Source: Candidatus Baldrarchaeum yapensis (lineage in GTDB: Archaea > Asgardarchaeota > Baldrarchaeia > Baldrarchaeales > Baldrarchaeaceae). Taken from it: 32,000 bases of DNA. A program made the position numbers and the translations under genes. The first letter of the stretch is position 1. Each line of letters opens with the position of its first letter. The DNA is taken from positions 1-32,000 of the forward strand of contig JAEOSH010000016.1 in assembly GCA_016840465.1 (NCBI GenBank), written 5' to 3'. Under the pieces are notes generated by a model. It made no database searches. It was not told the DNA's origin and was given only the letters and a program-made list of their open reading frames with translations. Shown in pieces: positions 6,789 to 16,679 of the stretch.

Positions 6789-8558
6789 ATGAGGATGGTA
6801 AGGTGGGAACTGCTTGAGGAATTGTTCGCGCCACCAGAAAAGGGGCCTAATAAACTTTATACTCTAAAGGAGGTAGTTCAGGAGTTCATAAAGCCGGGTT
6901 CTCTGATACACTTTTCGGTTTCTTCGAGTTATCCATTTGCGGTAGTCTACGAGATGATCCGCGAGTACATGGGGACGGCCGACAAGAAATTTGACGTAAT
7001 AGTTGCCGGAGCATCCATGAACGTCGGGATAATGGTCGCGGCGGGACTTATAAGGAAGGTCATAGCAAGTTACGCTGGTGACGTGTATCCCCGTCCATCA
7101 CCATCCCCTATAATTCAAAGGGCAGTCATGAAGGGAGAGATAGAGATCGAAAACTTGTCACTACTTTCTTATGTGCAGAGACTATTAGCAGGTGCGTTAA
7201 ACCTCGAATTTATGCCGACCAATTCGCTTATGGGGACTTCACTTTCCGATGAAAACGCAAAAAGGGGAGTATACAAGGAGATAGAGGATCCCTTTGGAAG
7301 TGGTAAGAAGATAGGGCTTATAAAGGCGATAAAACCGGATATCGCGCTAATACACGGGTGGGCTGCTGACCCTTCGGGCAACACCATCATATGTGCGCCC
7401 CTCGGCGAGGATCGATTTGGAATTTTATCCGCGAGAACCGTTATAGTCACCGTTGAACGGCTTGTGGACATGTCCTTCATCAGAAAGCATGCACATATGG
7501 TTAGAATACCAGCACATTTCGTTGATGCCGTTGTACATATTCCATTTGGAGCGCATCCCGCGTGTATGAGGGGAATACTCCCGCATGAGGGGTATGCCGA
7601 GGACATAGATTTCATTCTGGATTACAGAAGGGCCAGCAAACGCGAGGACACGATGCAGAAGTGGCTAAAGGAATGGGTCATCGATGTGAAGGATCATGAG
7701 GGCTACTTAAAGAAGTTGGGACGAGACCGATTACTAAAGCTTTGCGCGCGGAATGCTCCAGGTGCTTGGAAAACGGAGCTCATAAATAAGGTTGATCAAA
7801 TAAGTGGGGAATATCCATATTCTCCTGTTGAGATGATGACCGTCGCGGCTGCACGTGTGCTTGCATCGAAGGTTAAAGAAAAGAACTACGAGATAATACT
7901 TGCGGGGCACGGAATATCGAACCTTGCAGCGTGGCTGGCGTATAAAATTCTACAAAAGGAAAATGTATCTGCTGAACTCATTGCCGAAATCGGCTTTTAC
8001 GGATATGACCCGAGGCCTGGGAACCCCTTCATCTTCAATTGGCAAAACATTCACGTGTGCAAGTCACTTATTACGATATTAGAGACCTTAGGAATGGTTC
8101 TTCCGAACAGTCGTACGTTAGCATCGCTAGCTGCAGGGCAGATAGATAAAAATGGAAATATAAATTCAACCAAGGCAATGGGCTTCTTCCTTGTTGGTTC
8201 CGGAGGTGCAAATGATGTTGGAAACATGGCAAAGGAAATCGTTGTGACCGTTCCGCATACGAAATTGAGGTTGGTCGAGAAGGTTGAGTATGTGACCACG
8301 AGAGGCGATAAGGTCTCAACGATCGTGACAACGCTGGGAATCCTTGAGAGAAAAAACGGGGAATTTGTACTGACACATGTGCTTCCAATTGAGGACATGA
8401 GTAAGGAAGAAATAATAAGGAAGGCCGTAAAGAATACTGGCTGGGAACTCAAGGTTGCAGATGATGTCAAGGAGGTTCCTCCTCCGACTGAGGAGGAGTT
8501 ACTGATAATACGTATTTACGATCCGGATAGGTTTTATCTACGGGAGGAAAGATTCTAA
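6789..8558 (+). CDS. Family I CoA-transferase, fused alpha+beta subunits (glutaconate CoA-transferase-like)
   Basis: Alpha half ends around AVVHIPFGAHPACM. Beta half has SPVEMMTVAAAR, LIAEIG (candidate catalytic Glu), AGQIDKNGNINST, GSGGANDV and TIVTTLGILE. Confidence 0.88.
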   Translation: MRMVRWELLEELFAPPEKGPNKLYTLKEVVQEFIKPGSLIHFSVSSSYPFAVVYEMIREYMGTADKKFDVIVAGASMNVGIMVAAGLIRKVIASYAGDVYPRPSPSPIIQRAVMKGEIEIENLSLLSYVQRLLAGALNLEFMPTNSLMGTSLSDENAKRGVYKEIEDPFGSGKKIGLIKAIKPDIALIHGWAADPSGNTIICAPLGEDRFGILSARTVIVTVERLVDMSFIRKHAHMVRIPAHFVDAVVHIPFGAHPACMRGILPHEGYAEDIDFILDYRRASKREDTMQKWLKEWVIDVKDHEGYLKKLGRDRLLKLCARNAPGAWKTELINKVDQISGEYPYSPVEMMTVAAARVLASKVKEKNYEIILAGHGISNLAAWLAYKILQKENVSAELIAEIGFYGYDPRPGNPFIFNWQNIHVCKSLITILETLGMVLPNSRTLASLAAGQIDKNGNINSTKAMGFFLVGSGGANDVGNMAKEIVVTVPHTKLRLVEKVEYVTTRGDKVSTIVTTLGILERKNGEFVLTHVLPIEDMSKEEIIRKAVKNTGWELKVADDVKEVPPPTEEELLIIRIYDPDRFYLREERF

Positions 8559-8716
8559 TAACTACATTTTTCTAACTCCACGGCACTCCATGTCATTTCA
8601 TTTAATCATATCAGCGGTTAACCTATTGCCAGTTCTATTCATGCTTTTTACTATCTAAGATTTAAGAGGCGTTAAAGGAATCATACTCATGTTACTATAA
8701 GGCGGAGCGGGTAGAA

Positions 8717-9919
8717 GTGAGGCTCTCTCCCTACGGAGTACTACTACTCGTGGAAACGTTTGTGCTTGTCATGTGCATATTAGGGTTCGGCTGGTCCTCT
8801 TTCTTAGCAATAATGCATGAGTTAGGTAGGGAGTTCGGTGTAGATGTGGTACACATTACGTTCTTACAGTCTATCTTTTGCCTCTCGTTTGCGCTTACAA
8901 CAGTGCCCGCAGAGGTTTTGAGCAGGAAGATGGACGAGGAAGTGATATTCGGCGTTGGAGCGCTTGTTTTTGGAATACTTATGGTACTTCATAGGTTTTT
9001 GATGGGGTTTACGTGGTTTCTTATAATATTTGCGCTAATGGGAGTTTTTGCGTCGGTATTTCTGGTAAATCTCGTGAAATTTCTGCCGAGGAACTTTCCT
9101 CAAGGAAAGGTAAGAGAGTTTGGTATTTGCGGGTGCATCTTCCTAGCGTATAATACGGGATCAGGTATAAGCGTCATCGTGAGTGTACCGCTCAGCGTCA
9201 GAATTGGAGGATGGCGTGGCATTTTCCTCGTATACGGGTTGATTTCTATATTCTTCTCGATCCTATTCTTTGTGATGAACAGAATATTTGCACATTTGTA
9301 TGGTCCGAGAATGACGAGAAAGGAGGCCGATGGAAAAGGAAAGATAGAACTTGCATTCATAAGGTTGCTTATAGTAGTGATGTTGCTGTTATTTGTGCTT
9401 TCTGGGGTCTGGATAGGGGTTACAACGCAGCTTCCACGAGTTTTGTTGCAGTGTCAGTGGACGCTTTCAGAGGTTGGTATGATCCTAGGTGCTCTATTTT
9501 GGTCAGCCGTAGTTGGGAACCTTGTTATTTTGTTCTTACAGAGAAAGTTTGTACGAAAGATACAGGCTAGTACATTCTTGGGATCTGCGGCTGCTCTGGC
9601 GATGCTACTCATGACATTACCGTCTCTGCATTTTTTCATATGGCTAGGCTCGGTGATCATAGGGTTTTCATTAGGTAGTATGGAGATTCTCATTGGTTCC
9701 CTTATTCTTGAGAGATTTCCATTAGACTTTTCTGAGGTTGTACTAGGCGTTATAGTAGTGATGTTGCTAATAATGGTTTCTGTCGGAGGGGCTCTCTTTT
9801 CCATACTCTTGGGCCTAATAGGGATGGCTTCCTTAGATAGGGTATATGTATTTCCGGTCATATGTAGCATTCTTCTAATGCTATCGGTCGCGCTCATGTT
9901 TTTAATTCCGGGGGATTAG
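8717..9919 (+). CDS. MFS transporter
   Basis: 400 aa with about 12 hydrophobic segments in two halves and a central hydrophilic loop; motif A is degenerate; GTG start. Substrate is not assignable. Confidence 0.8.
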   Translation: MRLSPYGVLLLVETFVLVMCILGFGWSSFLAIMHELGREFGVDVVHITFLQSIFCLSFALTTVPAEVLSRKMDEEVIFGVGALVFGILMVLHRFLMGFTWFLIIFALMGVFASVFLVNLVKFLPRNFPQGKVREFGICGCIFLAYNTGSGISVIVSVPLSVRIGGWRGIFLVYGLISIFFSILFFVMNRIFAHLYGPRMTRKEADGKGKIELAFIRLLIVVMLLLFVLSGVWIGVTTQLPRVLLQCQWTLSEVGMILGALFWSAVVGNLVILFLQRKFVRKIQASTFLGSAAALAMLLMTLPSLHFFIWLGSVIIGFSLGSMEILIGSLILERFPLDFSEVVLGVIVVMLLIMVSVGGALFSILLGLIGMASLDRVYVFPVICSILLMLSVALMFLIPGD

Positions 9920-9921
9920 CA

Positions 9922-10776
9922 GTGTCACTATCGATTGTACTAATAGTAATTATCGTAATTTCCGCAGTGGTGATCGCGCACATAATTTCAACGAACCTCA
10001 CATTGTATCTTTTCTACAAAAGGGCAATGAAGGTATCAAAGCGGGTAATTCCAGTAATTAACTCTGAAATTGACACAGTAATGAAGAAATCAGAAGTCTC
10101 ATTATCGAAAACTGTACGACCGTTCCTAAGTGACATGATCATGCTGAGATACGAACCCTACATGATATTTTCTCGTAAATTTGATGAATCCGTGGTATTG
10201 GATGGTAAGAAATTGCATTCGATGTTTGGTGCGCCCATCCTCAACAAGGATGGAAAAAGTATTGGAGCGTACTTCTATTGGAAAAGGTATCTATGTTTTA
10301 CGACAACTCATATACTGAGAGCGTTCATCTCCCTAGAACTGAATGGTTTCTCGGTTTATGGAGCGGCAAAAGATAAGCAGAAGTTGAATGAGGCGTTACG
10401 CGTAATAGTAACTGATGACGTGTTTGCCTGTATAGGCGAAGTTCACGTTACACGTTTTAAAGTAAGGGAGAGGATTATCACCACAAAAAAGACACTATTA
10501 CGACCTGTGGCAATAGTAGATTCCACAAATGGCCGGCGCTTCGAGATATCATACGATTTTATGAAGATTCCGGGTATAAGGGAAAGGCATATGTTCAGGC
10601 GCGCAAGGATACTTTATAATGAAAAATTGGTGGCGGAGATGGTCCGCCATAGGGGATATACTGCATTAGTCCCGGGGAAGCACATTAATCTCATCGATAA
10701 TAGGTTGTTATTAGTCGCATTAGTGCTCATGGCCGAGCATCTATGGAATCTCCGGTCATCCGGATTCCTTCTTTGA
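9922..10776 (+). CDS. Membrane-anchored hypothetical protein, possibly LURP-one/Tubby-C/scramblase fold
   Basis: N-terminal TM helix, beta-strand-rich body and a C-terminal hydrophobic helix DNRLLLVALVLMAEHL. Starts 2 nt after the MFS stop. Confidence 0.5.
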   Translation: MSLSIVLIVIIVISAVVIAHIISTNLTLYLFYKRAMKVSKRVIPVINSEIDTVMKKSEVSLSKTVRPFLSDMIMLRYEPYMIFSRKFDESVVLDGKKLHSMFGAPILNKDGKSIGAYFYWKRYLCFTTTHILRAFISLELNGFSVYGAAKDKQKLNEALRVIVTDDVFACIGEVHVTRFKVRERIITTKKTLLRPVAIVDSTNGRRFEISYDFMKIPGIRERHMFRRARILYNEKLVAEMVRHRGYTALVPGKHINLIDNRLLLVALVLMAEHLWNLRSSGFLL

Positions 10777-12747
10777 TTCTCTGACAAGATGGAGTATGTC
10801 ACACGCCTCTAGTCCGTAGCTGAAAGCGGCCGTTATGAGGTTGTGATAGCATGTGGGGCATGCGGTGGAAATTCTCTCGGCATCCGTTTCCTGTGCCATC
10901 ATACCTATCTTGTCTGACATCTTTTCTGCGACTTCTTGGATGTACATATTAAGCGGGCCACCACAGCACCATGCGAGATTTCTAGATTCCTCCATTTCCA
11001 CAAATTCGAGGTTTTCTATGGATTCCAACACCTTCCTGGGCGGATCATATATTCCGAGGTGGCGACCCAAGTGACATGGGTCATGATACGTTACTTTCAC
11101 GCTAGATGGCATTTTTAGGCGTAATTTTCCACTTTCAATGGCTTCTGCGAGAATTTCGGTTATGTGCAGAAAATTTATACCTGATGCCCTGTAGTGCTTC
11201 TTGAATGTCCTGAGGCACATCGGACAAACCGTTATAACGGTTGATATGCCCATATTTTCCATCCTTGTCCTAACCATCTCCATTATTTCATTGAACTTCC
11301 TCCTCATGCCGATGAGGAGCAACGGCCCTCCGCAACAAATCTCATCTCTTCCCAAAAAGGTGAAATCCACGCCTAGGAACTCTAATATTTCGAAGGAGGC
11401 TACCGCGATGTCTTTATAGCTTATTGATGCCGTGCATCCAATAAACAGAAGTGTTTCACTTCTTCTTTCCCTCTTGGGCAGTCGCGCTTTAATCCCTGCA
11501 CCGAATGGATCAAATTTTGTGAGAATATTCGTGGCGACATTTTTCAGTTCATCGGGGTACAGATCCTTCTCTTCGCACATCTCCCTAATGGTTTCAACGT
11601 GACTTCCCGCATTTATCTGCACTGGGCAAACTTCTCCGCATCTATAGCATTCAGTACACAAGAACAGCCCCGCTTCTACTCCTCTTTCAAGTCCTTCGGT
11701 TAATGCGGTGAAGCATACCCCCCTTCCGCCAAGATAAGGATCTCCTCCGAAGACGTTTCCAACGGCGTTGTAGACGGGGCATTCAACAAGACAATATCCA
11801 CAGCCTATACAGTAAAGCAACTCGCCAAACCCCGCTTCAATGATGTTTGTTCTGCCAGCATCGAGTAAAATAAGACAGAGATCTTTGGCCCCATGTACTC
11901 CTCTGTATAGCTTCTTTTCAATATCGGCCGTCTTACTCGGGCCCGAAACGATATTTATGAATGATGTGGTGATAGAACCTGTCGCGTAGAACGTTTGAAG
12001 CAGGACTGCGTTTAGGGCGTCCTCGAGAGAAGGAAGTATTTTGTCTATTGAGGTTATTATCAGCACCTTTTCACAATCCTGCAAGATACGTGATATGTTT
12101 CCCTCATTGTGGATTGCAACGAGCGCGCCTTCATTTAGGGCTATCGCATTTGCGCCTATTATACCGATTCGAGACTCCCGATACCCCTTCTCGATATTTT
12201 CTTTAATTACACGAACAAGAACCTGAGGATCCGGTTCTACATCGATATTTAAGGTCCTAGATAGCATTTGCGCAATTTCGGTTCTCGAGAAATGGCATGC
12301 AGGGCCCGTTGGATGAGCCGGCTTCTCTCCCGCCAATTGGATTATTCTATCTCCAATATCCGTCTCCACAACCTCAATTCCCTTCCTTTCTAATTCCCTC
12401 GTGAGATGTATCTCCTTAGAAACGTTCGATTTTGATTTCACGAGGACTTTTTCCCCCTTCACCTCCCTTAATATGAAGTTGAGGGCTTCCTCACGTGTTT
12501 TTGCGAAATATACGCGAATTCCTGCAGATTCGAGTTTCGGTATCAACTCGTCCACTGCACGCTTTATATCCTTCAAGATTCTCTCTTTTGCTTCCCGAAG
12601 TTTTGCCTTCTTGCGTTCGAGGTCACTCATTATACTCATGTTTTGCTTCTGCCTGACTTTGACCTCCATGAAGGCCGCTCGCATCGCATTAAGTCTTTCT
12701 TCCGCACTTAATGCTCGCAGGGCCAATTCCCTAACGTTCTTGTCCAT
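10756..12747 (-). CDS. LutB/LUD-domain Fe-S protein fused to two CCG (HdrD/GlpC-like) domains
   Basis: LUD motifs KSKSNVSKEI, ETDIGDRIIQL, HPTGPACH, SGPSKTADIE; ferredoxin motifs CIGCGYCLVECP and CTECYRCGEVCP; CCG motifs ICCGG..TVCPMC and YHDPCHL..WCCGG..TACPTC. Confidence 0.9.
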   Translation of the reverse strand: MDKNVRELALRALSAEERLNAMRAAFMEVKVRQKQNMSIMSDLERKKAKLREAKERILKDIKRAVDELIPKLESAGIRVYFAKTREEALNFILREVKGEKVLVKSKSNVSKEIHLTRELERKGIEVVETDIGDRIIQLAGEKPAHPTGPACHFSRTEIAQMLSRTLNIDVEPDPQVLVRVIKENIEKGYRESRIGIIGANAIALNEGALVAIHNEGNISRILQDCEKVLIITSIDKILPSLEDALNAVLLQTFYATGSITTSFINIVSGPSKTADIEKKLYRGVHGAKDLCLILLDAGRTNIIEAGFGELLYCIGCGYCLVECPVYNAVGNVFGGDPYLGGRGVCFTALTEGLERGVEAGLFLCTECYRCGEVCPVQINAGSHVETIREMCEEKDLYPDELKNVATNILTKFDPFGAGIKARLPKRERRSETLLFIGCTASISYKDIAVASFEILEFLGVDFTFLGRDEICCGGPLLLIGMRRKFNEIMEMVRTRMENMGISTVITVCPMCLRTFKKHYRASGINFLHITEILAEAIESGKLRLKMPSSVKVTYHDPCHLGRHLGIYDPPRKVLESIENLEFVEMEESRNLAWCCGGPLNMYIQEVAEKMSDKIGMMAQETDAERISTACPTCYHNLITAAFSYGLEACDILHLVRESKKESG

Positions 12748-12846
12748 TTCCCTGACCCCATTCTTCCAAAACGATTATACCTTCACATTCCAAAGAAGAC
12801 ATAAGAAGATAACTGACCCTCATTACGGCGTGATGAGCTGATCGAC

Positions 12847-13446
12847 ATGAGCGATGAGGGCAAAATTGATCCGTTGCTTATTAGATTCATGATAGAGTTA
12901 TTTGATGCGATTTCGGAGGGGATGGTGTCTCGTGTTGTCTACTTGGGTGCGTTTATTGATGAGATTCTAGGGTTAGCAGAAAAACTGAGAAGCGACGGCG
13001 TTTTAGGAGATTTGGAAAAGACGAATTTTAAGAGAACGTGTGATTTCTTAAGGGAAATGTGGAGTGTACGTTATGCGTTCTTCATTAGGATTGCGTTCTC
13101 GATTTGTATTTTGCTGATTGGAGCCTCAGTTTTGTTGTTTTTAGGGCTTACGACAATTTCAGATTGCGCATTCCTGTTATTACTCACCCTGCCGATTGCA
13201 ATCACGTTTTTGTGGATTCAATGCAATGGATACTCTAAAAGATTATTACAGGAGTACGAGGATGTCGTTAGCCCTCCGGTTTTCGTGAAACAGACCGCTA
13301 AAGAAGTTGTTCAAGATTTAATAGGGTTGTGCAAGAATATGGGGTTGCCAAAGGCCATCGGCATTCTAAGGTTGTTTAATGGAGAGTATGAGGGAATTAG
13401 AATCATCAAAAAAGTGAATGATGAGATTTTATGCGAGATTTCGTGA
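12847..13446 (+). CDS. Hypothetical membrane protein (2 TM hairpin)
   Basis: 199-aa ORF with two adjacent hydrophobic segments in the middle; divergent from the LUD gene. Confidence 0.7.
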   Translation: MSDEGKIDPLLIRFMIELFDAISEGMVSRVVYLGAFIDEILGLAEKLRSDGVLGDLEKTNFKRTCDFLREMWSVRYAFFIRIAFSICILLIGASVLLFLGLTTISDCAFLLLLTLPIAITFLWIQCNGYSKRLLQEYEDVVSPPVFVKQTAKEVVQDLIGLCKNMGLPKAIGILRLFNGEYEGIRIIKKVNDEILCEIS

Positions 13447-13500
13447 ATCATTAGAGTGCTGAATCGAATTGCTCCATCAGTAGGGTCCAAAATCATATTG

Positions 13501-13525
13501 CTTGCGTGGGGAGTGCCCGCGCAAG
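13501..13525 (+). other. Intergenic GC-rich hairpin
   Basis: CTTGCGTGGG-GAGTG-CCCGCGCAAG forms a 10-bp stem (one G-U pair) with a 5-nt loop. Confidence 0.35.
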
Positions 13526-13581
13526 ACTATTGTAAAGAGTTTTAACTACATTCACAATACATTTAAATCCTCTAACCTTTC

Positions 13582-13622
13582 CTTACCGATTGTTATAAGT
13601 AAGACTGTTGATATATTGTAAG
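13582..13622 (+). promoter_or_regulatory. Putative antitoxin operator in the TA promoter
   Basis: CTTAC (13582-13586), 12-nt spacer, GTAAG (13599-13603), and a second GTAAG at 13618-13622, just upstream of the AbrB start. Confidence 0.4.
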
Positions 13623-13637
13623 AATTAGTGATGTTGT

Positions 13638-13901
13638 ATGTACGAAATAGTTAGTGTTACCAAGAAGGGTCAGGCGACCATACCGAAGAGGTTACGAGAG
13701 AAGTACGGCATCCAGGACAAGGTTATGGTTATAGATGTAGGTTACGGGATACTCCTTAAGCCGGTACCAACGCCCGATCAGGCATATGGGTCTCTCAAAG
13801 GGTTGTTTGGCAAAAAATCGTCAAAGGAATTACTAAGGGAAGCAAGAGAGGAAGACCTAGAAAAGGAGAAGAGGTTACTAGAGCATGTCGGTGAAAAGTA
13901 A
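13638..13901 (+). CDS. vapB: AbrB/MazE/SpoVT-family antitoxin
   Basis: VSVTKKGQATIPKRLREKYGIQDKVMVIDVGYGILLKP; overlaps the PIN gene. Confidence 0.9.
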   Translation: MYEIVSVTKKGQATIPKRLREKYGIQDKVMVIDVGYGILLKPVPTPDQAYGSLKGLFGKKSSKELLREAREEDLEKEKRLLEHVGEK

Positions 13902-14313
13902 GGAGAGAATAGTCTTCGATACTGAGGCCATTCTTGCCTTTTATTTGGGAGAGGAGGGCGGTGATGTGGTAAGAGATTATCTTAAGAGAGTCCAAGCGGA
14001 GGAAATTGAGGGGTACTTCAATATAGTCAATTTAACGGAATTTTACTACATACTTTATAGACGGGATCCTAAGATCGCGGAGGAAAAGGAGAAAGAACTC
14101 CGACTTTTCGGTGTCACCATTGTCCCCATAGAGGATGATGAAATTTGGAGAGAGGCTGGGAAAATAAAGGGGAAACACGCATTGTCTCTTGCGGATGCCT
14201 TTGCCGCCGCAACTGCCAAGGTGTTAGGTGGCAAATTGCTAACTGGTAGCGATGAAGAGTTCGAGGGCTTAGACTTAGAGGTAATAAGAATAAGAAAGAA
14301 AAAGGATTCCTGA
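13885..14313 (+). CDS. vapC: PIN-domain (VapC) toxin
   Basis: IVFDTEAILAF, NLTEFYY, LSLADAFAAATA and LLTGSDEEF; the acidic PIN residues are intact. Confidence 0.92.
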   Translation: MSVKSKERIVFDTEAILAFYLGEEGGDVVRDYLKRVQAEEIEGYFNIVNLTEFYYILYRRDPKIAEEKEKELRLFGVTIVPIEDDEIWREAGKIKGKHALSLADAFAAATAKVLGGKLLTGSDEEFEGLDLEVIRIRKKKDS

Positions 14314-14376
14314 GATCCATGAGAGCTTATAAATTCCAAGATTATCTCCTAGTTTCATGAACACGAGTATCCCGTA

Positions 14377-16052
14377 TTACTGCAAAATTGCGCCTTTTGA
14401 GGGCGACGTTACATATTTCCGATATCTTGCAAGAATGGTTCCTTCTTTCACCCTATTCTCGACCTCTCGTGGTACTCTCCACTCCTCTCTTCGCCTTCCT
14501 AATTCTTTCTCGGGAACGAGAAGTTCGAGTTTCCTTCCGGTATATCTATGAGTATCTGATCCCCGTCCTCAACTAATGCTATAGGCCCGCCCTCGTATGC
14601 CTCGGGCGGTACATGACCTATGCATGGACCTCTTGTGGCGCCGCTGAACCTTCCATCGGTAACCAGTGCAACTTTATCCCCCAATCCCGATGAAATAACC
14701 GCTGCCGTCACCGATAGCATTTCTCTCATGCCCGGTCCTCCCTTTGGCCCCTCGTACCGTATTACGATCACTTCACCCTCTTTTATTGTCCCCATCAACG
14801 ACGACGTTGAACGCCTCCTCTTCGGAGTTAAATACGCGGGCCACACCCTTGAACTTGAGCATAGACTTGCTGACGGCGCTCTGTTTTACAACAGCCCCTT
14901 CTGGTGCAAGTGTACCATACAATATCGCTATGCCGCCCTCTCTCCTTACAGAATTGGAAACTGGTCTGATGATGTCGGTATTTCCCACGCGAGCGTCTTT
15001 GACATTTTCCCATACAGTCTTTCCGGTCACTGTAAGGCAGTTTTTCTTAATTAATCCCGCATCGCCCAGTACCTTGAGCACTGCTGGTACTCCACCCGCA
15101 CGGTCGAGATCCTCCAAGTGATATGGACCGGAGGGACTGAGTGCTGTAATTGTTGGCACTTTTCTGCTAATTTCGTCAAACGTTTGCAGGGAGAGTTCCA
15201 CACCAGCGCACTTTGCAATTGCGATCAGGTGGAGTATCGTGTTTGTTGAACCACCAAGCGCCATATCAACGGCTATTGCGTTTTCAAAGGCGTCCTCTGT
15301 AAGGATATCAGATGGACAAACATTCTTTTCAAGCAACTTCATGACACATCTTCCCGCGTTGCGGGCAACGTGTATCCTTCTTCTATCAACGGCCGGAATT
15401 GTCGATGAGCCGGGAAGCACGAGTCCTAGCGCCTCGGTAAGGATGTTCATCGTATTTGCGGTAAAGAGCCCGGCGCAACTTCCGCACGTGGGCATAGCAC
15501 ATCTTCCGATTTCATTTAACTCCTCCTCGCTCATAGTTCCTCTTTTAGCGGCTTCAACTACCTCGAATAGGTCCTTGAGATCAATTTTTCTGCCTTTAAA
15601 GGTTCCGGCAAGAGACGGGGCGCCATTTATGAAGATCGATGGAATATCCACCCGAGCTGCGGCCATCAGCATTCCTGGGACTATTTTATTGCAGTTAGTT
15701 ATGAACACGGCGGCATCAAAGCGGTGCGCCTCGAGCATTATCTCGACCGCGTCAGCGATTATGTCCCTACTGGGCAGGGAGTAACGCATATCAATATGCC
15801 CCATAGCTATTCCGTCACAAACTGCGATAACATTGAACTCCAGGGTACCCCGCCCATTTCCCTTATGCCTTCTCTGGCGGCTTCCGCAATGCTCCTAAGG
15901 TGTATATGGCCCGGAGAGGTCTCACTATAACTGTTGATGATTGCAATCAACGGTTTGCGGAAATCCGAGTCGTCGAGTCCGATTGCCCTAAAGAGCGCTC
16001 TATGAGGGATCCTCTCGGGGCCTACGTGTACGGTAACACTCCTATGCTTCAT
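14377..16052 (-). pseudogene. ilvD: Dihydroxy-acid dehydratase interrupted by three frameshifts
   Basis: Motifs [66 protein letters not shown] and TDGRFSG are spread over four frame segments. Single-base indels lie at about 15844, 14791 and 14535; restored stop TAA at 14377. Start is 16052 or 16076. Confidence 0.9.
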
Positions 16053-16180
16053 AGATCCTCTCTCCTGATCTTTCATCTCTCTTCCATATACCATATATGA
16101 ATGATTTGTTGGGGTCGGTGGATAATTTGTTTAACGCTAACCTTTCAAATTTCAGCCCACTTCTTAACGAAGGTGATGCT

Positions 16181-16666
16181 ATGGTACATGCGATGGAGCA
16201 TAAGATATGGGCGGGCTTCATCTTCTCGTTATACTACATGATCTTCGAGAGGTATTTTGCAGTTCTACGGGTTCCATTTTGGCCTGCACTCCTAATAACG
16301 ATCCTAGGGGCGCATTTCCCGGACTTCGATCTCGACTTCGGCAGACGTTTTCATAGAAGCCCCATAACTCACAGCGCGCTTATACCTGCTATTCTCTTCG
16401 CATATCACATTTTGTACATTCTCGACAAAACGTCGCTGGTGCTCATGGCGTTGTTCTTTCTGGGATATGCCTCACATCTTCTACTAGACATATTCCCGGC
16501 AAATGCGTCGATATTAAAAAGGTTTACTTACATTTTCCGCAATTACGTTCCCGGAGATATTAGAGGGATACCCAAAAGATACGAAAAAACCTTTCTAGTC
16601 GTGTCCGGCGTTCTTTGCATAGTATTTGCGGTCGTATTCCTTACAGTTGCAGCATTTACGCTTTAG
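16181..16666 (+). CDS. YdjM-like membrane-bound metal-dependent hydrolase
   Basis: GAHFPDFD, HRSPITHS and GYASHLLLD in a multi-TM protein. Start moved from 16097 to ATG 16181 behind GGTGA. Confidence 0.75.
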   Translation: MVHAMEHKIWAGFIFSLYYMIFERYFAVLRVPFWPALLITILGAHFPDFDLDFGRRFHRSPITHSALIPAILFAYHILYILDKTSLVLMALFFLGYASHLLLDIFPANASILKRFTYIFRNYVPGDIRGIPKRYEKTFLVVSGVLCIVFAVVFLTVAAFTL

Positions 16667-16679
16667 ACAACATTAGCGA

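Noticed and set aside
10756-10776. 21-nt convergent overlap of two genes
   Set aside because: Common in compact archaeal genomes; no extra structure seen.
13450-14376. TA module as part of an IS or integrated element
   Set aside because: No transposase, integrase, terminal inverted repeats or target duplication identified.
14377-16052. Programmed ribosomal frameshifting in ilvD
   Set aside because: Three shifts of mixed direction, no slippery heptamers seen, and accompanying damaging substitutions.
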